Positions 1 through 10,696 of a stretch of 64,000 nucleotides of DNA are shown here, in pieces (position 1 is the stretch's first letter; the number at the start of each line of letters is the position of its first letter). The notes under the pieces were generated by a model. That model did not search any database. It saw nothing but the letters and a program-made list of their open reading frames with translations, and was not told the origin of the DNA. Position numbers and translations under genes: made by a program. This DNA is from Desulfurococcaceae archaeon (GTDB lineage Archaea; Thermoproteota; Thermoprotei_A; Sulfolobales; Desulfurococcaceae). The DNA is taken from NCBI GenBank assembly GCA_038897715.1, contig JAWAVV010000004.1:8365-72364 (forward strand), given 5' to 3'.

Positions 1-1831
1 TCTCGGCTACTGCTGGCGAGTATAGTGGAAAGTTTTCTGAACCGAATACACCGTAACTAGCGTTTATGAATACTTTGATAGCTTGCTGGACAACATCATA
101 CCATGCTAATTGCTCCTCGGGTAGATTTTTCGCCTTACTCTTCTTCTTATATATCTTTACTCTGAAATCTCTCAATAAACCAGTTATTTCAGATATTAAA
201 CCCGTTTTCTCTCTACATACGCTATGTATTTTCTTATTAGTTTCGTCAACTATATCGATAACCATGTCTTTACTACAATTTGTTTGTTCAACTGTTTCAT
301 AGCTTAGATTGTATTTCTTCATAATACTAGGGTATAGTGATGCAATATCGAGTACAGCTATATTGAATAAAACACCACGTGGTGGTTCAATAACTAATGC
401 TCCAGCATATTTCTTTCCTTCAATAATTGCTTTAGTAGTACTTGATTTACCATGTCTCTTAATATCATCTGGTTCGGGTATTAGATAGTTTAGTCTTCTA
501 TGCTCCCAGTATAGTTGATTTTGAATCCATTTAGATATGCTTTTTCTACAAATATCTTCAATACTTATCTTAGATATACGAGCTAATAGTATCATTAGTT
601 TCCAAACTAGTTCATTATTGAAAGTTATCAATTTGATAACTAGTTCAGCATCTCTATAGTTATAAGCAACTAGTCTAGGTATCGGTAGGTCACCAATATT
701 CTCAGTATACTTTAACTTAGATATTCCTAGAAGAGCTGATGCTACAGCATCTAGATTATCTTCTTGATACTTGTTTTTAAAAGCATATACTTTAATAGAT
801 CTGTTTTTGAAAAACTTATATAGATCTATGTGAATACCGGTCTTCACTCTAACAATGTTTTCACCAATAGATAATGGTATGTATTCTCGAGGAATCCCTA
901 TTTTCCTAGATCTATTGTATAGATAAAGTAGATCGAAGTTATCGCCGTTAAAACTAACGATAACCGGGTACTTAGTAATTATTCTAAAAGCTTCTAGTAT
1001 CAATGCTTGCTCAGTATCGTAGAATTCGATCACTACATCTAATGGATACTCTGTGGGAATATTACTCCATTTAGATTCTTTAGCTAAAACAAGTACTTTT
1101 TTAAAACCATTATCGTCTACAAGAGATATACTTATAACAGGATACTCGGCTTGTTTAGGACTAGGAACTCTGCCTTTAAACGGAGTGTAGACTTCAATAT
1201 CTATAGCTAATTTCCTACATTTAGGAGGAGTTTCTTCAAATAAAGGTATCCATAGATTGATTATTTTATTCAAAACTTCTTCATCATATCCTTCAAATAC
1301 TTTTCTCAATTCATTTATCAAATCCTGGTTAATAACTGGTTTTACAATCTCTATTCTATTTCTATTCAATTCGTTTCCAACAATATATTTCATACCTGGA
1401 ATTAAATTGTTATCGAAAATATAGTTATCATGATACTTTATCCTAGCTTCCCATGCTTTAGAAACAAAATTTCTGAGTTTAGCTACATCTGTAGGTGTTT
1501 TCGTAACTATCTTACTTAATCTAACTCTATTCATAGTTAAGGGATCTATTTTATATACTTCTAAGACATCTAGAAAACCCTCATGATTCACTATTGATTT
1601 ATTACTCTTAATTTCATCAACGGATTCCCTACTTAGAAAATATGGTTTATGATTAACAGGATCTGGTATTAAAACTAGTCTACTACCATTCTCGTCTAAA
1701 AACTGCATTACTGCTTTTTCAAGTTCTCCATCATAGAATACGCCTAGTAAGTAATGGGGTTTAGATAGTTTCTTCTCTACATTATTGACTATTAGTGTTT
1801 CAACATTTCCTATCAAATCTATTTTCAACAA
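1..1831 (-). CDS. polB: Family B DNA polymerase (PolB), 5' portion; C-terminus lies beyond the left edge
   Basis: Not in the ORF track because it runs off the window. My reverse-strand translation is open from ~1831 to base 1. It shows ExoI LAIDIEV, ExoII SFNGDNFDLLYLY, ExoIII YNYRDAELV, motif A LDIASLYPSIM and motif B KVFINASYGVFG. There is no ATG at the 5' end; TTG at 1831 or 1828 is the likely start. Confidence 0.9.
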   Translation of the reverse strand, partial: MLKIDLIGNVETLIVNNVEKKLSKPHYLLGVFYDGELEKAVMQFLDENGSRLVLIPDPVNHKPYFLSRESVDEIKSNKSIVNHEGFLDVLEVYKIDPLTMNRVRLSKIVTKTPTDVAKLRNFVSKAWEARIKYHDNYIFDNNLIPGMKYIVGNELNRNRIEIVKPVINQDLINELRKVFEGYDEEVLNKIINLWIPLFEETPPKCRKLAIDIEVYTPFKGRVPSPKQAEYPVISISLVDDNGFKKVLVLAKESKWSNIPTEYPLDVVIEFYDTEQALILEAFRIITKYPVIVSFNGDNFDLLYLYNRSRKIGIPREYIPLSIGENIVRVKTGIHIDLYKFFKNRSIKVYAFKNKYQEDNLDAVASALLGISKLKYTENIGDLPIPRLVAYNYRDAELVIKLITFNNELVWKLMILLARISKISIEDICRKSISKWIQNQLYWEHRRLNYLIPEPDDIKRHGKSSTTKAIIEGKKYAGALVIEPPRGVLFNIAVLDIASLYPSIMKKYNLSYETVEQTNCSKDMVIDIVDETNKKIHSVCREKTGLISEITGLLRDFRVKIYKKKSKAKNLPEEQLAWYDVVQQAIKVFINASYGVFGSENFPLYSPAVAE

Positions 1832-1846
1832 AACCCCCGTAGTAAA

Positions 1847-2197
1847 CTATATTTCGTTTTTTCTTATTAACAAGATTGCTTCAGCAATATCTCCATTTGT
1901 TTTAACAAGTGCTTCACGTGCTTTTTCTTTTGAAACACCTGTTTGTGAAGCAACGAATTCAACGTCTTCTTCATTAATAGTTATTGTTTCAAAACTCTCT
2001 TCTCTAATCAAACCATTAGTTATCTGGAAAACCATTTGATCTCTAGTTTTAATAACGATTATCTCGGGTTTTTCAATAGTAATCTTCTTGTTTTTCAAAA
2101 AGATCTCGACTTTAACGACATCGCTGATCTCGTTGATATCCATACCCATTTTCTTTAGTAAACGTTTTAATTCACGAGGACTCATGCCTGGAATCAT
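1847..2197 (-). CDS. nac: Nascent polypeptide-associated complex protein (NAC alpha homolog)
   Basis: 116 aa. NAC beta-barrel region plus C-terminal UBA-like GVSKEKAREALVKTNGDIAEAILLI. Confidence 0.85.
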   Translation of the reverse strand: MIPGMSPRELKRLLKKMGMDINEISDVVKVEIFLKNKKITIEKPEIIVIKTRDQMVFQITNGLIREESFETITINEEDVEFVASQTGVSKEKAREALVKTNGDIAEAILLIRKNEI

Positions 2198-2286
2198 TTT
2201 CTCAAACCTTTAGTGAAATAATTATATGAAGACTTTATTGATATATTTATTGTTAATGTTTCCTAAAATAAGATTTGGTGTAACAT

Positions 2287-3567
2287 ATGGTTAAAATAAG
2301 AATACTAGGCGGTGGCGGTGAAGTTGGGCGTTCAGCGTTTCAAGTAATTGATCGGGGTAAGAGTGTTTTACTAGATTATGGTATTAATTTTGATGAAGAA
2401 GATAAACCTTGTTTTCCAGAACACGTTAGACCAGTTGATTTATCTGGTTTAATTATTTCACACGCTCATCTCGATCACATTGGGGCATCTCCTCTACTAT
2501 ATATAACTGGTAGAATCCCGGTATACTTAACTAAACCAACACTAGATCTAGCTAGATTGCTAATTATTGATTTCTTGAAAATAAGTAGTGCTTACGTAGA
2601 TTACGATATTAGTGAGTTTGAAAACATGGTTTCAAACGCTGTTTTCATAAACTATGGTGTTGAATATAGTGTTGACGACTTTACTCTTTTAGCAACTAGT
2701 GCTGGACATATTCTCGGTAGCTCGATGATATACTTGGAGACTCCATCCGGTCACAATATATTATATACTGGAGATGTTAATACGATAAATACCTGGACTC
2801 TTTCAGCAGCAGAGCTTTGGCCTAAGAAAGTAGATACTTTGATTATTGAATCAACCTATGGTGATAGAAAACATCCTTCTAGACATTTTGTTGAAAAACA
2901 ATTAGTTAACATTATTGAAGAAACTGTTGATAATAATGGTGTTGTTCTAATACCAGCTTTCAGTATAGGTAGGAGTCAGGAGGTAATGTCTATTGTACAA
3001 ACAGAGATACCGCATGTTGAAGTATATTTAGATGGCATGTCGTGTGAAATAACTAATATCTACCTTAAGTACAGGGAATTCTTGAGAGACCCTGCTTTAT
3101 TCGAGAAAATTGTTGAAAACACTTATTTCGTAAGAGGATGGAGTGATCGCAGGAAGGTGTGGAGAAAACCGTGTGTTATAATAGCTTCAGCAGGTATGTT
3201 GAAAGGTGGACCTAGTGTTTACTATTTGAAAAAATTAAGTGATGATAGTAGAAACTCAGTGGTTCTCGTAAGCTATCAAGCACCTAATTCACCTGGATTT
3301 AAACTACTTAGCAATGGAGGTGTTGAAGAATACGGTATTATTAATTTAAAACCTAGACTATACTGGCTTGATTTATCGAGTCACGCTGGTAAAGACGGTT
3401 TACTATCGATTATTAAGAAATACCGAAGTTTTCTCAAAAACATCGTGTTGATACATGGTGAAACAGAATCCATAGTAGGTTTCAAAAAGATTATTAGAGA
3501 AAACGTTGATGAAGACGTGAAAATACACACTCCTGTTAATGGAGATGAAATAGAGCTCTTCGAGTAA
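2287..3567 (+). CDS. Metallo-beta-lactamase / beta-CASP ribonuclease (aCPSF2-like)
   Basis: 426 aa. HxHxDH motif ISHAHLDHIG, N-terminal LGGGGEVGRS, size typical of the KH-less archaeal beta-CASP group. GGTG lies 7 nt upstream of the ATG. Confidence 0.75.
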   Translation: MVKIRILGGGGEVGRSAFQVIDRGKSVLLDYGINFDEEDKPCFPEHVRPVDLSGLIISHAHLDHIGASPLLYITGRIPVYLTKPTLDLARLLIIDFLKISSAYVDYDISEFENMVSNAVFINYGVEYSVDDFTLLATSAGHILGSSMIYLETPSGHNILYTGDVNTINTWTLSAAELWPKKVDTLIIESTYGDRKHPSRHFVEKQLVNIIEETVDNNGVVLIPAFSIGRSQEVMSIVQTEIPHVEVYLDGMSCEITNIYLKYREFLRDPALFEKIVENTYFVRGWSDRRKVWRKPCVIIASAGMLKGGPSVYYLKKLSDDSRNSVVLVSYQAPNSPGFKLLSNGGVEEYGIINLKPRLYWLDLSSHAGKDGLLSIIKKYRSFLKNIVLIHGETESIVGFKKIIRENVDEDVKIHTPVNGDEIELFE

Positions 3568-3568
3568 A

Positions 3569-3784
3569 CTACTTTATCTCAACAACGTTCTCGCACTTTA
3601 ATTCACGAAGAAAACTATCTAATTCATTTAAAGGTATTTTAATAGTAACAAGTTTCCTCCTAGTACGTGCTTTAACTTTCGCTAAACCATTCTTCTCATC
3701 TCTATAGACTCTACACTCAATCGCTCTCTCAGCTATTTTCTTAAACAATTCTCTGTCAAAAACCTCTACAGGCATTGTTTTCAA
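3569..3784 (-). CDS. rpl38e: Ribosomal protein L38e (eL38)
   Basis: 71 aa. The pattern AKVKARTRRKLVTIKIP...LKC..VVEI resembles eL38 (VKFKVRCSRYLYTLVI...). Confidence 0.65.
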   Translation of the reverse strand: MKTMPVEVFDRELFKKIAERAIECRVYRDEKNGLAKVKARTRRKLVTIKIPLNELDSFLRELKCENVVEIK

Positions 3785-3800
3785 ACCTCATTTATTTAAA

Positions 3801-3902
3801 CGCCGGGGCGGGGACTCGAACCCCGGACCACCGGGTTTCTACACCAGGCTATGATCAACTAGGTTAACAGCCCGGCGCTCTACCGCGCTGAGCTACCCCG
3901 GC
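3801..3902 (-). tRNA. tRNA-Asn (GTT) with 28-nt intron at 37/38
   Basis: GC-rich island. Reverse strand reads GCCGGGG-TA-GCTC..GAGC-G-CCGGG-CTGTTA[28 nt]A-CCCGG-TGGTC-CGGGGTTCGAGTCCCCG-CCCCGGC-G. Cloverleaf folded by hand. Confidence 0.9.
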
Positions 3903-4030
3903 TCTAACTATTTTATAGTTATTCAAAAACCTTATAATTCTTACTCATTTATTTAAATATGCATTCTTCCATACTTTCACCTTTCTCTCAGTTATATAAA
4001 TACCCATAGATTGTTAATAGAGGTGTTTGT

Positions 4031-4282
4031 ATGGTTAAACATACGATAAACGTAACTATTGATCTAAGGTTACTCGGTATGAGACTACGTGATAGAGGTA
4101 AGAAATTTATACGTGTACACGAAATTGCTTATGAACTAGGAACTAGTCCTAAAACAGCTGGTAAAATACTTGTTTCACTAGCTAAACTAGGTTATGTTAT
4201 AAAATGGAGTGATGGAGTATACATGGTTCTCGATGAAAAACCTGTTAAATACACTATTGTTGAAAAAACTAGAGACCTATGA
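4031..4282 (+). CDS. Small winged-helix/HTH-like hypothetical protein
   Basis: 83 aa. [27 protein letters not shown] looks like a wHTH recognition segment. AGGTG lies 6 nt upstream of the ATG. The 3' end overlaps the aEF-2 3' end by 14 nt (convergent). Confidence 0.45.
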   Translation: MVKHTINVTIDLRLLGMRLRDRGKKFIRVHEIAYELGTSPKTAGKILVSLAKLGYVIKWSDGVYMVLDEKPVKYTIVEKTRDL

Positions 4283-6479
4283 AATCCTCTGGTTTAGGCG
4301 GTTCAGGTTTCAAACCCTTTCTCTGTCTAATCTTAGCAACGAGATCTAGTAGCATTGAATCAGGTACTGGAGTCCATCTACTAAACTCTTGACCCCATAT
4401 AGCTTTACCAGCAGTTGCTCCTCGTAATTGTTCAGCGAGGTCGAATGATTCGGGAATAGGTATTTCAGCTATAACTCTCGTTATAACACCTTGTTGTAGA
4501 ACCTGTAGTATTTTACCTCGTTTCTTAGTTATAATTGTTGAAACACTACCAAGGTAATCCATAGGTATTTTAATATCTAGCTTCTGAATAGGTTCTAGTA
4601 GTGTTGGTTTAGCTGTAAGCATACCTGCATATATAGCGTTACGAGTAGCTGGGAATAGCTGACCGGGTCCTCTATGAGCAGGGTCTTCGTGTATAATAGC
4701 ATCATGTAGTATTACTTTAACACCACGAACCGGCTCCATAGCTAACGGTCCTTCACGCATAGCTAGTCTAAAACCTTGTATAATAGTATCGCGTACTTCA
4801 CGTAGATATTGAACACCTGTTGTTAAATCTACGAATACATTTATATTCTCATCAATAGCCCATATTCTACGTGCTTCATCAGTATCCCATCCAGCTTCAT
4901 CTCTTAGTATTTTAGCTCTCTCCCTTGGATCCATGTCTTCGGTGATAATTCCTTCGCTTATCAATCTAATAGTTGTTTCATCTAATGGAGCTATACTTAT
5001 ATATAGTTTATTATGTTTATTAGGAGATTTTCCTTCAAATACCTGGCTTTTATCACGAACACTCTCTCGGTAAACTATGATCGGCGGTGATGAAATCACG
5101 TCAAGACCATAGTTTTCTTTTAATAGAGTTAAAGCTATTTCAATATGTAGTGTACCTAAACCGCTAACTAAATACTCGCCTGTTTCTTCATTTATTTTAA
5201 CAATTAAACTAGGGTCTTCAATACTAATCTTGTATAGTGAATCTATTAATTTCGTCAAATCTCTAGGGTCTTTAGGTTCAACAGCGACTGTAACAACTGG
5301 TTCAGTTATCATTCTCAATCTCTCGAATGGATAACATTGGTCTCTGTAGTTAACATCAACTAGTGTTTCACCAGCTCTCGCTTTATCAACACCTAGTAGT
5401 GCAGCTATGTTTCCAGCAATTATTTCATCAGCTAGTTCGCGGTAAGGACCCATATATAGACTAACTTGTAGAATTCTCTGTTTCATCCTAGCGTTTACAA
5501 GCCATACTTCTTCACCTGGTCTAACAATACCTGAGAATACTCTACCAGTAGCTACTAACCCGGCATGAGGGTCTATTTTAATATCATTGATAAGCATTAC
5601 TAATGGACCATTAGGGTCTCCGTTTATCATAGCTTTACCCAGTTCTGAATCTAGATTTCCATGCCATATTTTCTTAATTCTATACTTCTGTGCTTCAATA
5701 GGGTTAGGTATGAATTTCACAACCATATCTAATACTGCTTCGTGAACTGGGATTAATTTCTGTAGTTCAGCAACACCTTCAGAACCACGTTCATATGCAG
5801 CTACTATATCGCTGAACTTAATTCCCTTTTGTTGAGCTGTCATTATAGTAACTCCCCAGCGATCCCTAGCCGAGCCGAAAGCTACGTTTCCTTTACCCGG
5901 ATCTAGTTGCCAAGCTGTTTTAAACTCTTTATCAGCATACATTGATATTAATTGATTAATTTCTCTAATGATCTGTATAAATCTCTGCTGAATCTCAGTG
6001 GGAGTTAGTTTTAATTCTTTAATTAATCTATCAACTTTATTAATAAACAATACCGGTCTAACATATTCCTCTAGAGCTGCTCTCAGATACATCTCTGTTT
6101 GAGTCATAACTCCTTCTACAGCATCTACAACTAGTATAGCACCATCTATAACTCTCATAGCACGAGTAGTTTTAGCTGAGAAATCGACATGACCAGGTGT
6201 ATCGATCAAGTTTATAACATATGGTTTACCCTTATACTCGTGGTATAAACTAATATTAGCTGCTTTTACAGTAATACCTCTCTTTTGCTCAACATCTAGG
6301 TAGTCGAGAGCCAGTGCTTCACCAGCTACTTTCTCGGAGATAATACCTGCAGCTGCTAGTAAACTATCCGATAAAGTTGTTTTACCATGGTCTACATGTG
6401 CTGTTATACCTATATTTCTAACTTGATCAATGTTTCTCATAATCTTAAGTATTTCAGTTGTCTGCTTATATCTAACCAT
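4269..6479 (-). CDS. fusA: Translation elongation factor 2 (aEF-2)
   Basis: 736 aa. G1 [22 protein letters not shown], and the diphthamide-loop region [11 protein letters not shown]. Confidence 0.97.
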   Translation of the reverse strand: MVRYKQTTEILKIMRNIDQVRNIGITAHVDHGKTTLSDSLLAAAGIISEKVAGEALALDYLDVEQKRGITVKAANISLYHEYKGKPYVINLIDTPGHVDFSAKTTRAMRVIDGAILVVDAVEGVMTQTEMYLRAALEEYVRPVLFINKVDRLIKELKLTPTEIQQRFIQIIREINQLISMYADKEFKTAWQLDPGKGNVAFGSARDRWGVTIMTAQQKGIKFSDIVAAYERGSEGVAELQKLIPVHEAVLDMVVKFIPNPIEAQKYRIKKIWHGNLDSELGKAMINGDPNGPLVMLINDIKIDPHAGLVATGRVFSGIVRPGEEVWLVNARMKQRILQVSLYMGPYRELADEIIAGNIAALLGVDKARAGETLVDVNYRDQCYPFERLRMITEPVVTVAVEPKDPRDLTKLIDSLYKISIEDPSLIVKINEETGEYLVSGLGTLHIEIALTLLKENYGLDVISSPPIIVYRESVRDKSQVFEGKSPNKHNKLYISIAPLDETTIRLISEGIITEDMDPRERAKILRDEAGWDTDEARRIWAIDENINVFVDLTTGVQYLREVRDTIIQGFRLAMREGPLAMEPVRGVKVILHDAIIHEDPAHRGPGQLFPATRNAIYAGMLTAKPTLLEPIQKLDIKIPMDYLGSVSTIITKKRGKILQVLQQGVITRVIAEIPIPESFDLAEQLRGATAGKAIWGQEFSRWTPVPDSMLLDLVAKIRQRKGLKPEPPKPEDFIGL

Positions 6480-6636
6480 TTTTTAACCCCTTTTTTTCAA
6501 TCCACAGGTAAAACTTATTATGGATTAATATAGAATCAACGGTATAATATCTTTTACTTAATTAACTAAACTAGATGATTTTAAATAAAATTTGATAAAT
6601 AAAAGATCTTTGATTAATAGTAGTTCAAAACATATC

Positions 6637-6936
6637 TCATACTCTGTACTTCTCGATTTCTTTTTCAAAAATCCTTCTACTCAAATTAACTACGTCGTTC
6701 ACAATAGATTCATAGTTAAATACTTCTTCATAACTACCTTTAATACCGATATCAATGATTAAAGTTAACTCGTGATCTTTATCAACTCTAAGAACGAGAT
6801 CATAGCTTGTTTTAGGCGGAGTTTTACTCTTAATATATTTATCAATCTCAATACTAATTTTCTCAAGTATTTCTTCAATTTTATCAATACTTATTTCTTC
6901 AAATCTGAGATTTAGTGAACGCGTTTTTCTAACCAA
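6637..6936 (-). CDS. Conserved hypothetical small protein downstream of prefoldin beta
   Basis: 99 aa ORF whose TTG start overlaps the pfdB stop by 8 nt. Position in the exosome superoperon suggests a real gene. A family assignment (possibly DUF3194-like) is from memory only. Confidence 0.4.
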   Translation of the reverse strand: MVRKTRSLNLRFEEISIDKIEEILEKISIEIDKYIKSKTPPKTSYDLVLRVDKDHELTLIIDIGIKGSYEEVFNYESIVNDVVNLSRRIFEKEIEKYRV

Positions 6937-7294
6937 TCGATATCCCGTATTTGCTAAGTATTTCTCTCAACTTGCTTTCTAAGTCTTTCAACTGTTTCTC
7001 AAGGATACTCAATTGTCTCTTATACTTATCTCTCTTAATATTCAATAATTCTCTCCTCTCTTCTAGTTCTTTAACAACATTTTCCTTACTTTTCCTAATC
7101 AATACGTGTCCGATCATTTTATAAACCTCTACATCGTTACTCATAGTACTGAGTGTATCTAGTATTGTATTTATATCAGCTAGTTCTGCTTCAATAGCTC
7201 TTAGTTCAGCATCTATTTTCAAATAACTATCTCTAATAGCTTGGTATTGAGCTATTGTTTGTTGAACCTCTGGTGGTAGTTTCTGTTGAGCCAT
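6929..7294 (-). CDS. pfdB: Prefoldin beta subunit
   Basis: 121 aa coiled-coil protein. N-terminal LPPEVQQTIAQYQAIRD is typical of prefoldin beta. GGTGA lies 8 nt upstream of the ATG. Confidence 0.85.
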   Translation of the reverse strand: MAQQKLPPEVQQTIAQYQAIRDSYLKIDAELRAIEAELADINTILDTLSTMSNDVEVYKMIGHVLIRKSKENVVKELEERRELLNIKRDKYKRQLSILEKQLKDLESKLREILSKYGISIG

Positions 7295-7553
7295 TCAGAG
7301 ATTCACCTAGTTCAATTAATGTAGATAATATTGTGAAATAACTAAAAAACAATGTTCTTAAATTACTTATATTTCTACACATTATTTTTATAATTAACTT
7401 AGAATCAATAGTTTTTAAATCTATTGAGCAATTAATCGGTAGATCAAATGTATCTGGTTTAAGTGTTTTAATAATTGATTCGAGAAATTTTCTATCAAAA
7501 TCTTTTAATTCAACTTCTAATTCACACTTCTCGATCAAGTTTTTTAACACCAT
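7233..7553 (-). CDS. pcc1: KEOPS subunit Pcc1 (CTAG/Pcc1 family)
   Basis: 106 aa. IIKTLKPD...LIIKIMCRNISNLRTLFFSYFTILSTLIEL matches the Pcc1 pattern (compare P. furiosus ...ATDSSALRGTVNSYLRWIKAAIDVI). Lies in the conserved exosome-superoperon position between Brix and prefoldin. Confidence 0.65.
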   Translation of the reverse strand: MVLKNLIEKCELEVELKDFDRKFLESIIKTLKPDTFDLPINCSIDLKTIDSKLIIKIMCRNISNLRTLFFSYFTILSTLIELGESLNGSTETTTRGSTNNSSIPSY

Positions 7554-8073
7554 TTATTTTAAACAAAGGACCACATATTTTACCTAACCTACTGTATATT
7601 TTGAAAAACACAACTCCATCTTCTTCTTCTAGATAAAGCATTATACTGTAATTTTCTTTACTAATCCTATCTCTATATATGTCTATAAATAGATCAGCTA
7701 TGTGGAAACAATTATCTGTCAAACACTTATCATAGTTAATCCACATATAGTCTATTCCATAGACTCTACTGCTATGTATCTCTCTACTTAGTTTAACACT
7801 ACTTATTTTAAAAATAAGTATTTGTTTCAATAAAGGATATTCAGCTTTCTTATCTAATCTATAGATTCTTATAATTGATGGATTACCCTTTCTCTCTCCT
7901 ATGATGAACAAGTAGTTAGAACGGTGTCTAAAACACTCTAATCCCAGTTCTAGAAGAGTTTTCTTACCTCTATTTATTTTAAAAGCATCTGGTAAAACAC
8001 TGGCTAAGTCTTTTGCAAAAGAACGTGTACGTTGATTAGGTTTACGAGAAGTTGTTATTAATAAATGAGTCAT
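7522..8073 (-). CDS. Brix-domain (IMP4/Rpf-like) ribosome biogenesis protein
   Basis: 183 aa. N-terminus LITTSRKPNQRTRSFAKDLASVLP..FKINRGKK is the archaeal Brix signature. Synteny next to L37Ae. Confidence 0.8.
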   Translation of the reverse strand: MTHLLITTSRKPNQRTRSFAKDLASVLPDAFKINRGKKTLLELGLECFRHRSNYLFIIGERKGNPSIIRIYRLDKKAEYPLLKQILIFKISSVKLSREIHSSRVYGIDYMWINYDKCLTDNCFHIADLFIDIYRDRISKENYSIMLYLEEEDGVVFFKIYSRLGKICGPLFKINGVKKLDREV

Positions 8074-8083
8074 TTCGACAAAT

Positions 8084-8344
8084 CTATTCTCTACTCACTA
8101 TTTTTGGAAAATACTTGCTCAACTCTGTTCTCGGTAAATATGCTCCACCACTCCATTTAACACCGCATTTTCTACATATCCATAAACCAGTGCTTATACG
8201 GTAAACTCTACCGGTATATCCACAGAATGGACAAGTATGTGGACTATATCTCTTCTCAAGTATATCACGTACTTTCTTACGTAGCGTTGCACCGTATCTA
8301 GCGCCATATCTACCCGCAATACCTACTACTTTAGTTCTACCCAT
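8084..8344 (-). CDS. rpl37ae: Ribosomal protein L37Ae (eL43)
   Basis: 86 aa. GRTKVVGIAGRYGARYG plus the zinc ribbon CPFCG...CRKCG. Confidence 0.95.
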   Translation of the reverse strand: MGRTKVVGIAGRYGARYGATLRKKVRDILEKRYSPHTCPFCGYTGRVYRISTGLWICRKCGVKWSGGAYLPRTELSKYFPKIVSRE

Positions 8345-9234
8345 TACCTTCTCTCCCAGAAACTATCTATTGACAAGTATGGTTTAATATATTCTTGCTG
8401 GTTATTTAATATTTTCTTAACTAAATCATGTAGTTCAATCGATTTCTTAATAGCTAATTCAATTGCTTGTTCAAGTAATCTTCTACTAATACTCCTACTA
8501 CCTGTTTTCTGTAAACCAACTACTCTACCCTTCTCGTCAACAGCTACTATCAGCGTAGAATCCAGTATTAATTCTTCATCTAAACTAGGATCTACTATTA
8601 AATAATCTTCGTAAATACCTATTGTTGTCGACAAAACATTTAAATTAATAGGTAGTTGCTTACTCTTATTCTCTCGATTAACGATCACACGTTCTCCTTC
8701 AATAACTACATCTGGTATTTTAGTTAAATTAAGCGCTAGAATAGATGAGAGCATACCGGCATCAATTATGTTACCATCGTGATCTAGTAGATAAAGGTCG
8801 TTGAAAACTATCCAAACTACTTTACCAGGTATTATAACTAATTCATCGAGTTTAATTGCTTCAGATTCTCTCAAACTCCTATCAATCACTCTAGCGGCTT
8901 CAATAGCGTTTTCATCCGGAGGACCCGGTTCGAACGTTGGAGAAGCTAGTGGAACGAATTCAGCATGTACTTGGAGAACTCCTTCATCTGGTGCATCGGG
9001 GTATGGAGTACCTATTTCTAATTTAACACCTGTCATGACAACCGTATTACCTATACTTACGATAGCGCTTCCTTCAGATTTAGTTATTGGGTTTAAAACA
9101 ATGTTTATCTTTCTATACTCATCTAATCTCCTACCATCAATCCTCTCTCCTTTCTTCAATAGTTTTTGAATAGTTTCTTTTCTAGCTTGTGGTATTATAG
9201 GTTGTTTAAAAGGAGTAATGGACAAAACTAACAC
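8344..9234 (-). CDS. rrp42: Exosome complex component Rrp42
   Basis: 296 aa RNase PH-like protein. RIDGRRLDEYRKI, position next to rrp41. Confidence 0.9.
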   Translation of the reverse strand: MLVLSITPFKQPIIPQARKETIQKLLKKGERIDGRRLDEYRKINIVLNPITKSEGSAIVSIGNTVVMTGVKLEIGTPYPDAPDEGVLQVHAEFVPLASPTFEPGPPDENAIEAARVIDRSLRESEAIKLDELVIIPGKVVWIVFNDLYLLDHDGNIIDAGMLSSILALNLTKIPDVVIEGERVIVNRENKSKQLPINLNVLSTTIGIYEDYLIVDPSLDEELILDSTLIVAVDEKGRVVGLQKTGSRSISRRLLEQAIELAIKKSIELHDLVKKILNNQQEYIKPYLSIDSFWERR

Positions 9235-9236
9235 CT

Positions 9237-9959
9237 CTAGCTTTCAATTACCTTATAGTATTTTTTATACAATGCTTCTTTCATTAACCTATATATTTGC
9301 TCAGCTCCTTTCTTCGCTAAATTCAATGCTTCTTTAAATTCATCAACGGTTAAAACACCGTTTAATTGTAGTAATACGATTTCATCTAAACCAACAGCAT
9401 ATCCAATAGGCATATCTGCTTCACCGAAATTATCTTCTACTTCATCTATATCTAGAACTAGAACACCATCAACTTTGCCAACAGCAATACCTACTACAAG
9501 GTCTTTCATAGGAATACCAGCGTCGGCTAATGCTAATGAAGCAGCTGTTAAACCAGCTGTTCTAGTTCCACCATCAGCTTGTAAAACCTCTATGAATACA
9601 TCTATAGCTGTTCTAGGATATAGTTCTGTGAAAACAACTGATTCCAATGCTTCTCTAATAACTTTAGATAATTCTATTTCTCTACGAGTGGGTGCAGGGC
9701 TCTTACGCTCACTCGTCGAGAAAGGAGCCATATGGTATCTACATCTAATAATAGCTCTATCAGGTAGAACACTATATTTTGGATAAGCTTCGCGTGGTCC
9801 ATAAACTGCTGCTATTACCTTAGTTCCACCGTATTCAACTAATGCTGAACCATCGCTATTTTTTAAAACACCTACTTCTATTCTAATAGGTCTGAGTTCA
9901 TCAGGTCTTCTACCATCGTGTCTTAAACCATTTTCTCTAATCAAAACAGGTTTCTCCAT
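9237..9959 (-). CDS. rrp41: Exosome complex exonuclease Rrp41
   Basis: 240 aa RNase PH fold. [23 protein letters not shown]. Confidence 0.93.
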   Translation of the reverse strand: MEKPVLIRENGLRHDGRRPDELRPIRIEVGVLKNSDGSALVEYGGTKVIAAVYGPREAYPKYSVLPDRAIIRCRYHMAPFSTSERKSPAPTRREIELSKVIREALESVVFTELYPRTAIDVFIEVLQADGGTRTAGLTAASLALADAGIPMKDLVVGIAVGKVDGVLVLDIDEVEDNFGEADMPIGYAVGLDEIVLLQLNGVLTVDEFKEALNLAKKGAEQIYRLMKEALYKKYYKVIES

Positions 9960-9961
9960 AT

Positions 9962-10690
9962 TTAAACACTCTCTCCTTCTCCAAGTTCTTTTATTAAAAA
10001 CGATTTGATTTCTTCAGTTAAACCACGGATATGTGGTTTTTCATTAATTATTTCAATAGCTTTGATCAAGGTATTTCGAATCTTATCGTTTTTACATTTA
10101 ATCCATATTAAACCATTCTGTGCTACATCTATTTCACATTTAGTTAATTCAACCAGAGTATTCAACATACTGCCTTTCTTACCTATAATTCTCGGCACTC
10201 TACTTGGTTTAATACTTACAACGATTCCTTCAGTTATTTTACCCAAACCCTTACCTTTAATAGTTAAAACAGGGTCTCTAGTTCTATCGAAAACAGCTAT
10301 TTTAGCTAAAATATAGTCACCTACATCTAGGTAATCTCTTAGATTATGAACTATTGGTGTGAAATTATCTATTACATCGCTTCCATTTAGTATTGCTTTA
10401 TACGGTGAACGTATATCTATAATCCAGTTGGTTATACCGATACTGGAAACTATACCTATTACTTTATCGTCTTTCTTAGGTATATATGTTCCTTCAAGAG
10501 GTATTACGGATAAATCATTATCAGAAATACTAACTATTCCGAGAACATCGGAGTATACTCTATTATTTCTTATATAAATATGTTTCTCGGGAATATGTTT
10601 AAATTCTCTAATCTGTTCTTCTTCAACAACAGCTAGTTCTTCGCCTGGAGTAACTATTTTCCTATCGGCAACATTTATTCTCAGTTTCAA
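9962..10690 (-). CDS. rrp4: Exosome RNA-binding subunit Rrp4 (S1 + KH)
   Basis: 242 aa. [10 protein letters not shown]-terminus, KH motif [10 protein letters not shown], synteny. Confidence 0.9.
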   Translation of the reverse strand: MKLRINVADRKIVTPGEELAVVEEEQIREFKHIPEKHIYIRNNRVYSDVLGIVSISDNDLSVIPLEGTYIPKKDDKVIGIVSSIGITNWIIDIRSPYKAILNGSDVIDNFTPIVHNLRDYLDVGDYILAKIAVFDRTRDPVLTIKGKGLGKITEGIVVSIKPSRVPRIIGKKGSMLNTLVELTKCEIDVAQNGLIWIKCKNDKIRNTLIKAIEIINEKPHIRGLTEEIKSFLIKELGEGESV

Positions 10691-10696
10691 TAAAAA

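Noticed and set aside
66-302. 78-aa plus-strand ORF at the left edge, and 1785-2039 plus
   Set aside because: They are antisense to the hand-translated PolB gene and to NAC respectively, and have no recognisable motifs.
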